From Elusimicrobiota bacterium (GTDB lineage: Bacteria; Elusimicrobiota; Elusimicrobia; UBA1565; UBA9628): DNA of 64,000 nt. The translations under genes and the position numbers were made by a program. Of the stretch, positions 1 to 10,001 are shown one piece after another. The stretch lies in contig JAHFCE010000008.1 in assembly GCA_023249675.1 (NCBI GenBank), positions 39,246 through 103,245 on the forward strand, written 5' to 3'. The notes under the pieces are model-generated. The model had not been told where the DNA came from, searched no databases, and saw nothing but the letters and a program-made list of their open reading frames with translations. Position 1 is the stretch's first letter. Every line of letters begins with the position of its first letter.

Positions 1-160
1 CGCCTTATCTCAGCCCTGCGCGCCGCGCCGGAGGCGGCCGCGATCAGCTTCGGCAGCCCCTTCGTTTTGTCCGGCCTACCGGCGAAAACAGCCGGGCTTT
101 GTGTCTATTCGCGCGCCGAAGCGGCGCAGACCGCCGCCGCCGCTCATTTACTGGGAGAAA

Positions 161-1681
161 ATGATGAATGAAGCGATCAGCTCGTGGTTTCCGGGCGAGA
201 CGACTTTAACCGCGGCGGACTTCAGCGTCCTTGCGGGCACGCTCGTTTTGATGTTTCTTGTCGGCTGGTGGGGCGGACGCGGCGCCAAGAACACGAACGA
301 CTTTTTCCTCGGCGGGCGGCGCATTCCGTGGTGGGCCGCGATGCTGTCCTTCATCGCCACCGAGATCAGCGCGATGACCATCATCGGCGTGCCGGCGACG
401 ACCTTCCGCGAGAATTGGGGCTACCTGCAGTTCTTCATCGGCTCGGCGGGCGCGCGTATCTTGATCGCGTTTCTGTTCATCCCGGCCTTCTACAAGTACA
501 ACAGCACGACGATTTACGAGTACCTGCGCCAGCGCTTCGGCCCGCGCAGCCAATACACGGCCACCGGCTTTTTCTTCGTCACGCGCCTGCTCGCCTCGGG
601 GGTGCGCCTGATGGCCGCGAGCGTGGCGGTCAGCGTCTTGCTCGGCTGGCATATCGTGCCGACCATCCTCCTGTTCACGATCGTCAGCGTCGCCTACATT
701 TCCTACGGCGGCATCGAATCGGTCGTCTGGACGAACGTGCTTCAGGCGCTGACCTTTCTCGGGGTCGGCGTGCTGACCATCATTTTCCTGCTCCATCGCG
801 TCGAGGGCGGCCTTCCGGCGGCCTTGCAGCTGGCGCGCGATGCCGGCAAGCTCCAAATGTTCAACTGGGGGCCGAACGTGATGGAGCCTGGCTTCCTCGT
901 GAAGTTCTTCAGCAACCCGAACATCGTCTGGATCGCGATTCTCAACGGCTTCGTCGGCTCGACGGCCGCGTTCGGCACGGACCATGAGATGACGCAGAAG
1001 CTTCTGACCGTGGAGACGCGCCGCGAGAGCCAGAAGACGATCCTGCTCTCGATCGCGGGCTCCCTGCTGACCCTGCTCATCTTTGTCGCCGTGGGGACGC
1101 TGCTATTCGTCTTCTACAAGCAGAACCCGGGGCTCGCCCTGCCGGCCAAGCTCGACACGATCTACCCGCACTTCGCGGCGACGGCGATGCCGCGCTTCCT
1201 GCGCGGCGCGGTGCTGACGGCGATCGTGATGGCCTCGATCGACTCGCCGCTCGCGTCGCTCACCGCGGTGTTCGTCAACGACCTCTACAAGCCGCTCATA
1301 CGCAAGGAGGCCGCGCAGAAGCACTACATGAAAGTCTCGCGCGTCTGCGTGGCGCTGTTCGCGGTCGCGCTCGCGGGCATCGCGTACTTCTTCAGCTTCT
1401 TTGACAAGATGCTGTGGCTCGCCTTCAAGATCGGCGGCGTGACCTACGGCTCGCTGCTCGGGGTGTTCCTGCTCGGCCTGCTGACCAAGCGCAAGGGCGA
1501 CAAGGCCGCGGCGGTCGCGATGGGCGTCATGGCCGCCGTCAACGCGTCGCTGCTCCTGCTGTCGGAGTCCGGCGTCCTGCCGCTTGGTTGGAGCTGGCTT
1601 GTGATCATCGGCACGGCCGGGACATTCGGTCTGGGCTGGGCGCTCGCGCCGGCGCTCGACGGCGAAGGCCGGACGGCTTGA
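161..1681 (+). CDS. Sodium:solute symporter family (SSF) transporter
   Basis: About 13 predicted TM helices with SSF-like N-terminal pattern (GGRRIPWW, ATEISAMT). Start chosen at MMNEAIS, because the longer ORF start at 101 adds an Arg/Pro-rich leader. Confidence 0.72.
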   Translation: MMNEAISSWFPGETTLTAADFSVLAGTLVLMFLVGWWGGRGAKNTNDFFLGGRRIPWWAAMLSFIATEISAMTIIGVPATTFRENWGYLQFFIGSAGARILIAFLFIPAFYKYNSTTIYEYLRQRFGPRSQYTATGFFFVTRLLASGVRLMAASVAVSVLLGWHIVPTILLFTIVSVAYISYGGIESVVWTNVLQALTFLGVGVLTIIFLLHRVEGGLPAALQLARDAGKLQMFNWGPNVMEPGFLVKFFSNPNIVWIAILNGFVGSTAAFGTDHEMTQKLLTVETRRESQKTILLSIAGSLLTLLIFVAVGTLLFVFYKQNPGLALPAKLDTIYPHFAATAMPRFLRGAVLTAIVMASIDSPLASLTAVFVNDLYKPLIRKEAAQKHYMKVSRVCVALFAVALAGIAYFFSFFDKMLWLAFKIGGVTYGSLLGVFLLGLLTKRKGDKAAAVAMGVMAAVNASLLLLSESGVLPLGWSWLVIIGTAGTFGLGWALAPALDGEGRTA

Positions 1682-1698
1682 CTGTTTCCGGAAACAGT
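1682..1698. repeat. Perfect palindrome ACTGTTTCCGGAAACAGT (CTGT-N8-ACAG), copy 1, immediately after the symporter stop
   Basis: Read directly from the sequence. An identical 21-mer ACTGTTTCCGGAAACAGTTGG recurs at 14844-14864. Confidence 0.6.
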
Positions 1699-1699
1699 T

Positions 1700-1725
1700 G
1701 GTCTAGTACAGCCGGTCTAGTACAG
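1700..1725. repeat. Tandem direct repeat GGTCTAGTACAG x2 (2-bp spacer) overlapping the NamZ stop codon
   Basis: Read directly from the sequence: ttGGTCTAGTACAGccGGTCTAGTACAGg. Confidence 0.55.
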
Positions 1726-2955
1726 GAGAATCGCTCGTCGCGCGGACTCGAAGTCTCGCGGCCCTTGATTGAACAGGGCGCTGAAGGCCTTCTCGTCGGC
1801 GCCCGTTTCCCATAGAAGGCGGAACTCGTCGACTCCGACCATGCGCTTGACCTCGTCCCAGCGCCATTCGAATTCCTTCGGGTGGAGATCACGCAAGGCG
1901 AGTGCGAGGTGTCGGAACACGGTGAGCGGGCGCATCGCGTCGCGGTCGGTGACCGTGATCCTCACGCCGCGGCAGAGTTGTCCCTCGAAGACGCTCTTGG
2001 TCGGCGTCTGGTCCTCAACCGAGAACTTGACGCCCGCGACCGTGCCCTGCAGGCGCGCGACGATCTCCTCGGCCCGCAGCCAGGGCGCCCCGATCCAGCG
2101 AAAGGGCGCGGGCGTGCCGCGTCCGACCGCGAGGTTTGAGGCCTCGAAGAGGCCGATGCCCGGATAGAGCTCGGCGGCTTCGATATTCGGCATGTTCGGC
2201 GAGGGGGGAACCCAGGGCAGGCCGGTCTGGTCGTGCCAAAGGCCGCGTCTCCAGCCGCGCAGCTTGACGACGTTCAGGCGCGGATGGCCGACGGAGCGGT
2301 TGTGCCACAGCGTCATCTCGCCCGCGGTGAGGCCGTGGCGGACGGGGACTTGGAAGTAGGCGGTCGGCGTGACCAACCGCAGGTTGGAGTCGGCCAGAAT
2401 CGGGCCCTCGATGATGTCGCCGCGGATGGGGTTCGGGCGGTCGAGGACGACGAAGTCCACGCCCGCGGCCTTCGCCTCTTCGAGAGCCATCGCCATCGTG
2501 GCGAGATAGGTGTAGAAGCGCGCGCCGATGTCCTGAATGTCGAAGACAAGAACGTCTAGACCTTGAAGCTGTTCGGGCTTGGGACGCATGCCCCGGATGC
2601 CGCCTCCGTACAGGCTGTAGAGCGGGATCTCCCGTCCTGCGACGCGAGTCCGGCTCGACGCGATGTTCTCGGACTCGGCCGACGCCGCAAATCCGTGTTC
2701 GGGCGTAAAGATGGCGGCCAACGTCACGTCTGGGGCCGCGGCGAGGAGATCGACGATCGAGCGGCTGCGGCGGTCGACGGCGGTGCTGTTGGCGATCACG
2801 CCGACGCGCTTGCCGCGCAGGGGGCGGAAGCCGTCCTCGACCAGGATGTCGAGCCCGGACATCGTGCCGGAGAGGGAAGGACGTCGGGCCGAAGGTCCAG
2901 AACAGGCGCAGAGACCGGCGGCGAACGTCAGCAAGGCGAGACGGGCGGCCTTCAC
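1717..2955 (-). CDS. DUF1343 family exo-beta-N-acetylmuramidase (NamZ/YbbC-like), exported lipoprotein
   Basis: Signal peptide with lipobox (LCAC), then DUF1343 motifs (GVDFVVLDRPNP, GVIANSTAVD). Confidence 0.7.
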   Translation of the reverse strand: MKAARLALLTFAAGLCACSGPSARRPSLSGTMSGLDILVEDGFRPLRGKRVGVIANSTAVDRRSRSIVDLLAAAPDVTLAAIFTPEHGFAASAESENIASSRTRVAGREIPLYSLYGGGIRGMRPKPEQLQGLDVLVFDIQDIGARFYTYLATMAMALEEAKAAGVDFVVLDRPNPIRGDIIEGPILADSNLRLVTPTAYFQVPVRHGLTAGEMTLWHNRSVGHPRLNVVKLRGWRRGLWHDQTGLPWVPPSPNMPNIEAAELYPGIGLFEASNLAVGRGTPAPFRWIGAPWLRAEEIVARLQGTVAGVKFSVEDQTPTKSVFEGQLCRGVRITVTDRDAMRPLTVFRHLALALRDLHPKEFEWRWDEVKRMVGVDEFRLLWETGADEKAFSALFNQGPRDFESARRAILLY

Positions 2956-3356
2956 AGAGCCTTATCGAGGCGCACCGTCACGCCGCGATCGCCGGGATGC
3001 GCCGGCTCCGGGCTGCGGCCCTCGAGGTCGCCCCGTTTCGGGGCGCCGAGAGCGCCATGCGCGTTGAGGCGGGCGACGATCGTGAGGAGCTCGTTGCGGC
3101 GGATGCCCGGGACGAGCAGGTCTTGGGGGGACATCTTGAACGCGGCCGGAAACTCGGGATTGACGATGCGGTGCACGGCGATGGGAACGCCGCCGGCGTT
3201 CTGCGCGATCACGAACAGGACCGAGTTCGTCTTCGGCGCCCGGGCTTCGAGGAAAGGGGACATCTCGACGACGCCCGAGAGGCGAAATTCTCCCGTCAGC
3301 CACTCGCAGGCGCCGCAGAGAGACGCGGCGAGCGCGAGGAGGGCCGCTCTCTTCAA
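2952..3356 (-). CDS. Small lipoprotein, unknown function
   Basis: Signal peptide plus lipobox (LCGAC). Overlaps neighbours by 4 nt in an operon-like arrangement. Confidence 0.45.
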   Translation of the reverse strand: MKRAALLALAASLCGACEWLTGEFRLSGVVEMSPFLEARAPKTNSVLFVIAQNAGGVPIAVHRIVNPEFPAAFKMSPQDLLVPGIRRNELLTIVARLNAHGALGAPKRGDLEGRSPEPAHPGDRGVTVRLDKAL

Positions 3357-4144
3357 ATCGCCGAGGTCTGGGCGGCGGCTGAGTTCGCCTTCACGGCCAT
3401 CCAGAGGTAGACCGAGGTGATGAGGATCGTGATCAGGCCCGACATCGGGATCGCGAATGGGAGGAAGGACAGAATGATCCGTGCGAGAAGCGCCGTCGTC
3501 TGCGCGTGAATCGCGACCTGATAGAGGGCGCCGAACGTGAGCGCGCCGCCGGCGACCGAGTTCAGGAGCATGGCGAGCAGCGCGTAGAGCAGGCCCGCGA
3601 AGGCCGTCCAGGCCGCGGCCAGCACGAACACGGCGAGGAGCGCGAGGGGATACACGACTTTCTTCAGCGCGCCGGCGGCATCGCGGAAGAACTTGGCGTC
3701 GACGACCATCGGGCGCTCGAGCGCGGCCTTCGACAGGTCGTAAACCTCGATCTTGCCTTGCTGCTGCTCAAGGTAGAGGGCGTTGTTGGTCAGATAGGCG
3801 AGGACCTTCGCGTCCCGCATCGTCTGCAAAGTCACGGGCTCGGTGCGGGCCGTGTCGATCATGACGGCAACCTCGGGAGCTTTGGGGTGCGCCAGGCGCT
3901 TCGCGGCGGGTTCGGAGCTCGTGACCTTGCCCGCGGAGAAGGTCAACGTCGGCACTTCCGCGCCGAGCCAGGCGAACGTTGTATCGACGACCGGTCCGAG
4001 GCGCAGCTGCATCGCGACCCCGCCGCCGATCGTGAACAGGAAGCTGATGAAGAAGAGGTAGAGAACGGTGCGGCTCGTCTTTTCTCCAGCGAAGCGGCGA
4101 TAGGCTTGCGTCGAGGCGATCGAGCCGAGCAGGTCTTGGATCAT
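3353..4144 (-). CDS. Hypothetical polytopic membrane protein
   Basis: N-terminal and C-terminal TM helices flanking a soluble loop. Same operon as the NadD-like gene and NamZ. Confidence 0.45.
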   Translation of the reverse strand: MIQDLLGSIASTQAYRRFAGEKTSRTVLYLFFISFLFTIGGGVAMQLRLGPVVDTTFAWLGAEVPTLTFSAGKVTSSEPAAKRLAHPKAPEVAVMIDTARTEPVTLQTMRDAKVLAYLTNNALYLEQQQGKIEVYDLSKAALERPMVVDAKFFRDAAGALKKVVYPLALLAVFVLAAAWTAFAGLLYALLAMLLNSVAGGALTFGALYQVAIHAQTTALLARIILSFLPFAIPMSGLITILITSVYLWMAVKANSAAAQTSAI

Positions 4145-4173
4145 GTCGACAGTCTAGCAAGGCCGAAGAAGGC

Positions 4174-5337
4174 CTACAAGGGAGCCGGCGGCAGGCCGTA
4201 GAGGCCTTTGCGCCGGGCGTGCTCGAAGGCCGCGTGCGGCATCAAGGTCCATCGGCCGTTGCGCACCTGGGTCGAGGAGGCTTCAAAGCCCACGTTGGCC
4301 AGGAAGCGGACTTCGAGGTCGGTGGGCACGGCCTCGGCGGGACTTTCGCGGCGTATGAAGGCCACCTTCAACTCGTGGAGCGCCGGGTTGGCCTCCCTAT
4401 GCCGGCGGTCGTTGCGCCCCAATTTGGGCAAGGTGTCCGGGTTGCCCCTCTTGTCGACCAGGCGGTAGTGGTCGTCCCCGACCATGTACCAGGCCTCGAG
4501 GTCCTGCCGGGGGTTGAGGGCGAGGAGGCGGAAGATGTTGGTCTCGCCGTCAAGCGTGGTGCCCACGGCGATGGGGGAGTATTCGAAGAAAGGTGCGAAG
4601 AGTTCCAAGACGGCCTGACCCATGGGGTGGCGATGTTCGACGGGGGTCATGGCGGGCTTGCGCGGGTCGTCGCCGGCCAGGACGAAGACCACTTTGTCCA
4701 CGCCCAACTCTCCCACCGCGCGCAGGGCGATGAGCAGGTGGCCCCACTGGAACGGGTCGGCGGCCACAGGGTAAACGCCGATGCGCATGCGTCGCGAAGA
4801 AGAGGGAAGCTCGGGGTCGGAGGCGGAGAGACGGATCTTTGAGGATGGATCGATGTCGCCCTGATCGAGACGGTCTTGGATCTTGGCCAGGGCCCCGTCG
4901 GCCTCGCGGGCCACGGTCTCCAGCAGTTCGGGTTCGGGCTCGGCGTAGTCGCGGGCGGCGGCGAGGAGTTGGGAACGCACGCGCGCGCGGACTTGTGCCG
5001 TCGGCGAGCCTTCGGGCAAGGCGTACTGGGCGTCCAGCTTCCGGAAAAGCGAGGTCAACCGTTCCGGGAGGTCGAGCCTCTCGTGGGCGGCGGCTGGGAT
5101 GGAGGGCGTGGGCGTGAGGGCGGCCGGCGTTGCGGGGGGGAGGGACGCGGCGAGGCCGAGGGCTGGAGACGGGGTCGTGACCGCTGCGGCGGAGGCGACG
5201 GCAGAGCCGGGCAGGACCGGGAGCGCGGGAAGGCCGGCTCGGATCTGAGCGCCGGCCGGGAGGGGTACAGCCAGGATGAGGACGAGGAGGAGCTTGAAGG
5301 GCCTCATGAGGAGAGTAAACCAGGAAACTCCGGTCAT
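4174..5337 (-). CDS. Exported divergent NadD-like (cytidylyltransferase-fold) nucleotidyltransferase
   Basis: The C-terminal roughly 190 aa follow the NadD layout (RIGVYPVAADPFQWGHLLIA...EHR...). The first His of HxGH is replaced (QWGH) and the GG(T/S)F motif is missing. The N-terminus is a signal peptide plus an Ala/Pro-rich linker of about 150 aa. Confidence 0.5.
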   Translation of the reverse strand: MTGVSWFTLLMRPFKLLLVLILAVPLPAGAQIRAGLPALPVLPGSAVASAAAVTTPSPALGLAASLPPATPAALTPTPSIPAAAHERLDLPERLTSLFRKLDAQYALPEGSPTAQVRARVRSQLLAAARDYAEPEPELLETVAREADGALAKIQDRLDQGDIDPSSKIRLSASDPELPSSSRRMRIGVYPVAADPFQWGHLLIALRAVGELGVDKVVFVLAGDDPRKPAMTPVEHRHPMGQAVLELFAPFFEYSPIAVGTTLDGETNIFRLLALNPRQDLEAWYMVGDDHYRLVDKRGNPDTLPKLGRNDRRHREANPALHELKVAFIRRESPAEAVPTDLEVRFLANVGFEASSTQVRNGRWTLMPHAAFEHARRKGLYGLPPAPL

Positions 5338-5381
5338 TCCCAGTGTCCTTGGCCCCGATGGTGCGTAGGTCTAAAGACCCG

Positions 5382-6680
5382 TCAGAAATTCCGGTAGATG
5401 TCCATGCGTCCCTCGACTCGGGGGACGTAAACCTGGGTTTCCGATGGGGTGAACTGGCGGATGAGGCCTAAGACCTCGGCGTTGCTGAGGGCGTCGACGT
5501 CGTAGCGCGAGGTGACGCTCTTGCGGACGTTGCCGGGGCCGCAATTATAGGCGGCGATGCTGAGGCTGCGGCGGTTGTCGGGGTTCTTGACCTTGCCGTA
5601 ATGCCGGGTCATGAGCATGTGCAGGTAGGTTGAACCCAGCATGATGTTGTTGTCCGGGTCGAAGAGATAGTCCGGGGTCACGAGAGCGTCCTTCTTGTAG
5701 AGATATTTGTAGGCCTCGTTGCCCGCGGTCCTGGGGACCAGCTGCATCAGTCCCAAAGCGCCCGCGGGCGACTTCGCCTTTGGGTTGAACTCGGATTCGG
5801 TGTGGATGACGGCGTAGATCAGGGCCGGGTCCAGGCCGTACTTCTTGGCGTAAAGGCCGATCTGGTCGGCGTAGCGGGCGGCGCGGATCTTCAGGTGGTC
5901 GGGGACCAGGTCGATCTTGACCGTGACCTTCAGGCGGGGCTTGCCGTCCTTGGCCACGACGGGCTTTTCCTCCACCACCATGGTCGGGGCGAGCTGTTCC
6001 TTGACGAAGCGGTCTGAGTTTTTCTCGGTGACGACAGCGCCGTCCTTGGCCTTGACCTGGTCCTTGAGCACCTCGGTCTTATGCTCCTCCTTGGTCGAGA
6101 GCATCTTCTTGGTCTGCGCGCGGATCTTCTCCTCGGCGAGGGCGCGGAGCTTCTCCTGTTCCTTCTTGTTGAGGTCGCCGGCGCTGGCGACGCCCTTCCT
6201 GGAGGGGGCCACCTCCTCCAAGGGAATCAGGACCTCGACTTCGATCCTGCCCTTTTCGAAGTCGACGGCGCTCTTGGAGTCGCCGCGCTCGTTGTAGTCC
6301 ACCCACTCCTTCTTGGTGGAATCTTGGTATTCGGCCCACTGCTCCTCGACGCGCTTCTTCATCCACGCGCTTTGCTCGGCCATCTTCCGCGCCAGTTCCT
6401 TGTACTGCGCCTCCATTTGAGCGGAGAGGCGGGACCAGTCTTCCTGCTGCTGTGCGTTGACGTCGTCGACATCGGCGCGCATCTGCTGCCGCGACTTGGC
6501 AAGGTCCTCCTGCATCTGCCGGGCGGGGTCGACGGCCGTTTTTGTCCTCTCCTGTTCGCGGTCTAGCTCATCGAAGGTGGAGCCCTCGGCGGCCTGCGCG
6601 CGCGGCGCGAGGGACATCAAGAGGATGAATGCACAGGCGGCGGTCGGCACAGCGCGGGCGGACATGGTTGATTCCTTCAC
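5382..6680 (-). CDS. Membrane-bound lytic murein transglycosylase (MltC/SLT domain) with N-terminal coiled-coil region
   Basis: Signal peptide. C-terminal SLT motifs (AVIHTESEFNP, GLMQL, AYNCGPG). Confidence 0.72.
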   Translation of the reverse strand: MKESTMSARAVPTAACAFILLMSLAPRAQAAEGSTFDELDREQERTKTAVDPARQMQEDLAKSRQQMRADVDDVNAQQQEDWSRLSAQMEAQYKELARKMAEQSAWMKKRVEEQWAEYQDSTKKEWVDYNERGDSKSAVDFEKGRIEVEVLIPLEEVAPSRKGVASAGDLNKKEQEKLRALAEEKIRAQTKKMLSTKEEHKTEVLKDQVKAKDGAVVTEKNSDRFVKEQLAPTMVVEEKPVVAKDGKPRLKVTVKIDLVPDHLKIRAARYADQIGLYAKKYGLDPALIYAVIHTESEFNPKAKSPAGALGLMQLVPRTAGNEAYKYLYKKDALVTPDYLFDPDNNIMLGSTYLHMLMTRHYGKVKNPDNRRSLSIAAYNCGPGNVRKSVTSRYDVDALSNAEVLGLIRQFTPSETQVYVPRVEGRMDIYRNF

Positions 6681-6721
6681 GGGACAATGTACATGAAAAC
6701 TGCCGGGAATAACAGCCGGGG

Positions 6722-6730
6722 TGGTATAAT
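6722..6730 (+). promoter_or_regulatory. Extended -10 element TGgTATAAT ending 6 nt before the GTG start of the cyclase gene (leaderless transcript suspected)
   Basis: TGGTATAAT at 6722-6730, GTG start at 6737. Not tested. Confidence 0.3.
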
Positions 6731-6736
6731 AAGGGC

Positions 6737-9700
6737 GTGCGGTGTTTGAAGTGTCAATCCGTTAGTCCCGATCAGAACAAATTCTGCGGTTCCTGCGGCA
6801 GTCCCCTGGCTCTCGCCGCGCCGGTCCCTTCCTCGACTGTCCCGGCCTCGGCCCATTCCGAAGAGCGCAAAGTCGTCACCATCCTCTTTGCCGATGTGAA
6901 GGGATTCACCAGCCTCTCGGAACGTTTAGATCCCGAAGAGGTCCGGGATATGATGCAGGAGATTTTTGCGCGTCTGACGGAGGTGATCGGCCGCTACGGC
7001 GGCGTGGTCGACAAATACATCGGGGATTGCATCATGGCCCTTTTCGGGGCTCCGAAAGCGCATGAGAACGATCCGGAGCGAAGCGTTTTGGCGGCCCTGG
7101 GAATGCAGCAGGCACTGCAGAAATTCCGGCGGGAAAAGAATCTGGAGATCGGCATGCGCGTGGGCGTCAACACCGGCATGGTGCTGGCGGGCTATGTGGG
7201 CAATCGTTCCGTGGACTACACCGTCATGGGCGATGAGGTCAATATCGCTTCCCGGCTTGAACAGGCCGCCCCGGTCGATGGAATTTTGATCAGCTCGAAG
7301 ACTTTTTCTCATGTGTCCGATCTATTCGATTGCGAAGCCCTGCCGGCGATCGCGGTCAAAGGCAAGGCGGAGCCCGTGGCCGCCTACCGCGTTTTGAGGG
7401 ACAAGAGGAAGCGCAGCTCTCATGACAAGGTTCGTTCCCGCAGCATCTCGACTCCCATGGTCGGCCGGGACGCCGAGTTAAAACTTATGCTGGAGAGCGC
7501 CCAATCCTGCCGGCAGGCCGGGCAAAGCCGCTTGATTTTTGTCAAGGCTTCCCCCGGCGGCGGCAAGAGCCGTCTGCTCTATGAGTTCCATCGTTGCGAG
7601 AAGGCGCTGGCCGCCCCTCCTCATTTCTTTGTGGGACGGGCTTCGCCCTACACCGTGAACACCTCCTACTATCTTTTCGGTGAAATTCTGAGGGGTCAAT
7701 GCGGCATCGCCGATGAGGACAAGGCGGCGGTCGTGCGCTACAAGCTGCTGGCGGGAGTGGGTTCGGTGATGTCGACGGCCGGCGATGAGGAAATCGAGGA
7801 AACCACCCATCTGATGGCCTCGCTGCTCAATATCGATTTTCCAGGGAGCCCCTACTTGGCGCCTTTGCGCGAGGATCCTATCCAGCTCAGACAGCGCGCC
7901 CACGGGGCCTTTCTGCGGTTTTTCAGATCTTCGAGTTCAGAGCCGACCCTCCTGTATCTCGAGGACTTGCATTGGGCGGACCATCCTTCCCTCGATTTGA
8001 TCGCGGAAATTTATCAGGACAATCGCGAAAGGCCCTTGCTGATCGTGGCTCTTGCGCGGCCTGAGTTTTTCGAGCGCTTCCCTTCCTTCTTGGGGTCTTT
8101 CGCGGGGGTTGAGAAAATCGAGTTGGCGCCGCTGGGTGAGGAGGCCGTGCGCGCTCTCATCCGGGAGCTGCTCAAGCCTATGGGTCTTATTCCGGAAAAC
8201 CTCTATCGTCTTGTCATCCGGAAATCGGAGGGCAATCCCTATTACGTGGAGGAATTGATCAAGAGATTCATCGAGGCCGGAGTGATCGAGAAGGGGGATG
8301 CCGGCTCTCCCGGGCGGGTTTTCCAAGAGAAGCTGCAGCAGATAAAAATTCCAGACACGATCCAAGGCCTTCTCCAGACGCGGCTCGATGATCTCAAAGA
8401 GGAGGAAAAAGGGGTCTTGCAGCGGGCCGCCATCGTGGGGGGAACTTTCTGGCAGCGCGCCGTCGACATTTTGTTGGAGGACCTTGAGGTGTCCAGCACC
8501 GGACCGGTGCTGAGCGATTTAAGCCGGAAAGAGTTTATTTTGCCGTCTAAACACTCCGCGCTCTTCGGCGATGAATTTATGTTCAAGCACGCCCTGCTTC
8601 GGGATGTCACCTATGAGACGATCCTCAAGAAGAAGCGCACCATCTATCATGCCTTGGTGGCCGAGTGGTTGGAAAAAAATTCCGGGGACCGCAAAGAAGA
8701 GCATTTGCCCCTGATTGCCATACACTATGAGTTGGGCCATAAGCCTGAGCAAGCCCGCGAGTACTATTTCTTGGCGGGCGAGCAGGCCCGCAAGACCTTC
8801 GCCAATCACGAGGCCCTGTCTTATTTCGACAAGGTGATTCAGCTGCAGGAGAAGCCCCGCTTTTCTCATTACCGGGTGCGGGGGGCCACTTCAGACGTGT
8901 TGGGGGATTATGAAAGCGCTTTGAAGGACTACCAGGCCATGCTGGGCGTGTGCCGCAATCGCTTGGATGAGGGCGTGGCGTTCAAGCACTTGGCCGAGAC
9001 TCATATACGCCTGGGGCATTATGAGCTGGGGCGGGATTTCGTGGAAAAAGCTCTTCAGGTCGGTCAAGAGCTCAAGGACTGGAAGATGTGCGCCGACAGC
9101 CTCAATCTCAAGGGGCGGATCGATCATCATACGGGCGAGTCGGACCGGGCCCTTGAATGCTACGCCCAATCCATCGCGATCCATCGTCAGAACGGCAGCA
9201 TCTTGGGCGAATCGCGTGCTTTAGGCAACCAGGGGGTGGTTTATGTCCACAGGGGCGAATACGATAAGGCGATTGCAGCCTATCGGGCGGCCCTTGACCT
9301 TGACCGCGCTCAAAACAACAAGCAGCGCATGACCATGATGATGTCGAATCTCGGCGAGTGCTACCAGTTTTTAGGCGCCATGGAGCAGGCCATTGGACAT
9401 CACCAGGAGGCGCTGGCGCTGGCCCGCGGCATCGGCTATAAAATCATGGAGATCGAGACCCTGCGCAACCTCGGCATCGAGCATGTCCATCAAGGGAGAA
9501 TGGAGCAGGGTTTCTCGCTTTTGCGGGAGTCTCTGCGGATGGTGGATGAGGTCCAGGATATGGAGCTGCTTCCCCAGGTACTCTATAGTCTTGGGGAGGG
9601 GCTGTTCCTCGGAGGGCAGAAAGCAGAGGCGTTGACATTGGCTCAAAGGCTGCTGGACATCGCGGAGAAAAACAGCGTTAAGGATTACATCGCCAAGGGC

Positions 9701-9997
9701 CTGCTCCTGAAAAGCTATTGCCTTTCTTTGACCCAGGGACAGGAAGACCTTCGGCGAGGCTTGCAAATCGCCCAGGAGCTTCGGGCCACGAATCTTCTGT
9801 GGGAATTTTATTACGCCCTTTCTTTGGCCAGCGTCGACCTTGTGGAGGCGTTGGGGCATATTCGGGCGGCTAAGGAAAACGTGGATCTGGGGGCCGATTC
9901 CATCGCCGATGCGGATTTAAAAAAGAGTTTTTTGACCTCTCCGCGGGTGGCGGCCATCCTCTCGCGTTTTGATCGGCTGACCCGGGCCACGGCCTAG
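6737..9997 (+). CDS. Zinc-ribbon + class III adenylate/guanylate cyclase + STAND-type AAA ATPase + TPR repeat protein
   Basis: N-terminal CxxC...CxxC ribbon. Cyclase homology domain (VTILFADVKGFTSLSE, GDCIMALFGAP). P-loop (ASPGGGKSRLL). C-terminal TPR-like repeats. Confidence 0.8.
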   Translation: MRCLKCQSVSPDQNKFCGSCGSPLALAAPVPSSTVPASAHSEERKVVTILFADVKGFTSLSERLDPEEVRDMMQEIFARLTEVIGRYGGVVDKYIGDCIMALFGAPKAHENDPERSVLAALGMQQALQKFRREKNLEIGMRVGVNTGMVLAGYVGNRSVDYTVMGDEVNIASRLEQAAPVDGILISSKTFSHVSDLFDCEALPAIAVKGKAEPVAAYRVLRDKRKRSSHDKVRSRSISTPMVGRDAELKLMLESAQSCRQAGQSRLIFVKASPGGGKSRLLYEFHRCEKALAAPPHFFVGRASPYTVNTSYYLFGEILRGQCGIADEDKAAVVRYKLLAGVGSVMSTAGDEEIEETTHLMASLLNIDFPGSPYLAPLREDPIQLRQRAHGAFLRFFRSSSSEPTLLYLEDLHWADHPSLDLIAEIYQDNRERPLLIVALARPEFFERFPSFLGSFAGVEKIELAPLGEEAVRALIRELLKPMGLIPENLYRLVIRKSEGNPYYVEELIKRFIEAGVIEKGDAGSPGRVFQEKLQQIKIPDTIQGLLQTRLDDLKEEEKGVLQRAAIVGGTFWQRAVDILLEDLEVSSTGPVLSDLSRKEFILPSKHSALFGDEFMFKHALLRDVTYETILKKKRTIYHALVAEWLEKNSGDRKEEHLPLIAIHYELGHKPEQAREYYFLAGEQARKTFANHEALSYFDKVIQLQEKPRFSHYRVRGATSDVLGDYESALKDYQAMLGVCRNRLDEGVAFKHLAETHIRLGHYELGRDFVEKALQVGQELKDWKMCADSLNLKGRIDHHTGESDRALECYAQSIAIHRQNGSILGESRALGNQGVVYVHRGEYDKAIAAYRAALDLDRAQNNKQRMTMMMSNLGECYQFLGAMEQAIGHHQEALALARGIGYKIMEIETLRNLGIEHVHQGRMEQGFSLLRESLRMVDEVQDMELLPQVLYSLGEGLFLGGQKAEALTLAQRLLDIAEKNSVKDYIAKGLLLKSYCLSLTQGQEDLRRGLQIAQELRATNLLWEFYYALSLASVDLVEALGHIRAAKENVDLGADSIADADLKKSFLTSPRVAAILSRFDRLTRATA

Positions 9998-10001
9998 CCG
10001 C

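Noticed and set aside
184-987. Long ORFs on both strands overlapping the symporter gene (184-987 plus, 206-985 minus)
   Set aside because: Arg/Asp/Gly-rich translations typical of off-frame or antisense reading of high-GC coding DNA. The symporter frame has coherent TM-helix composition.
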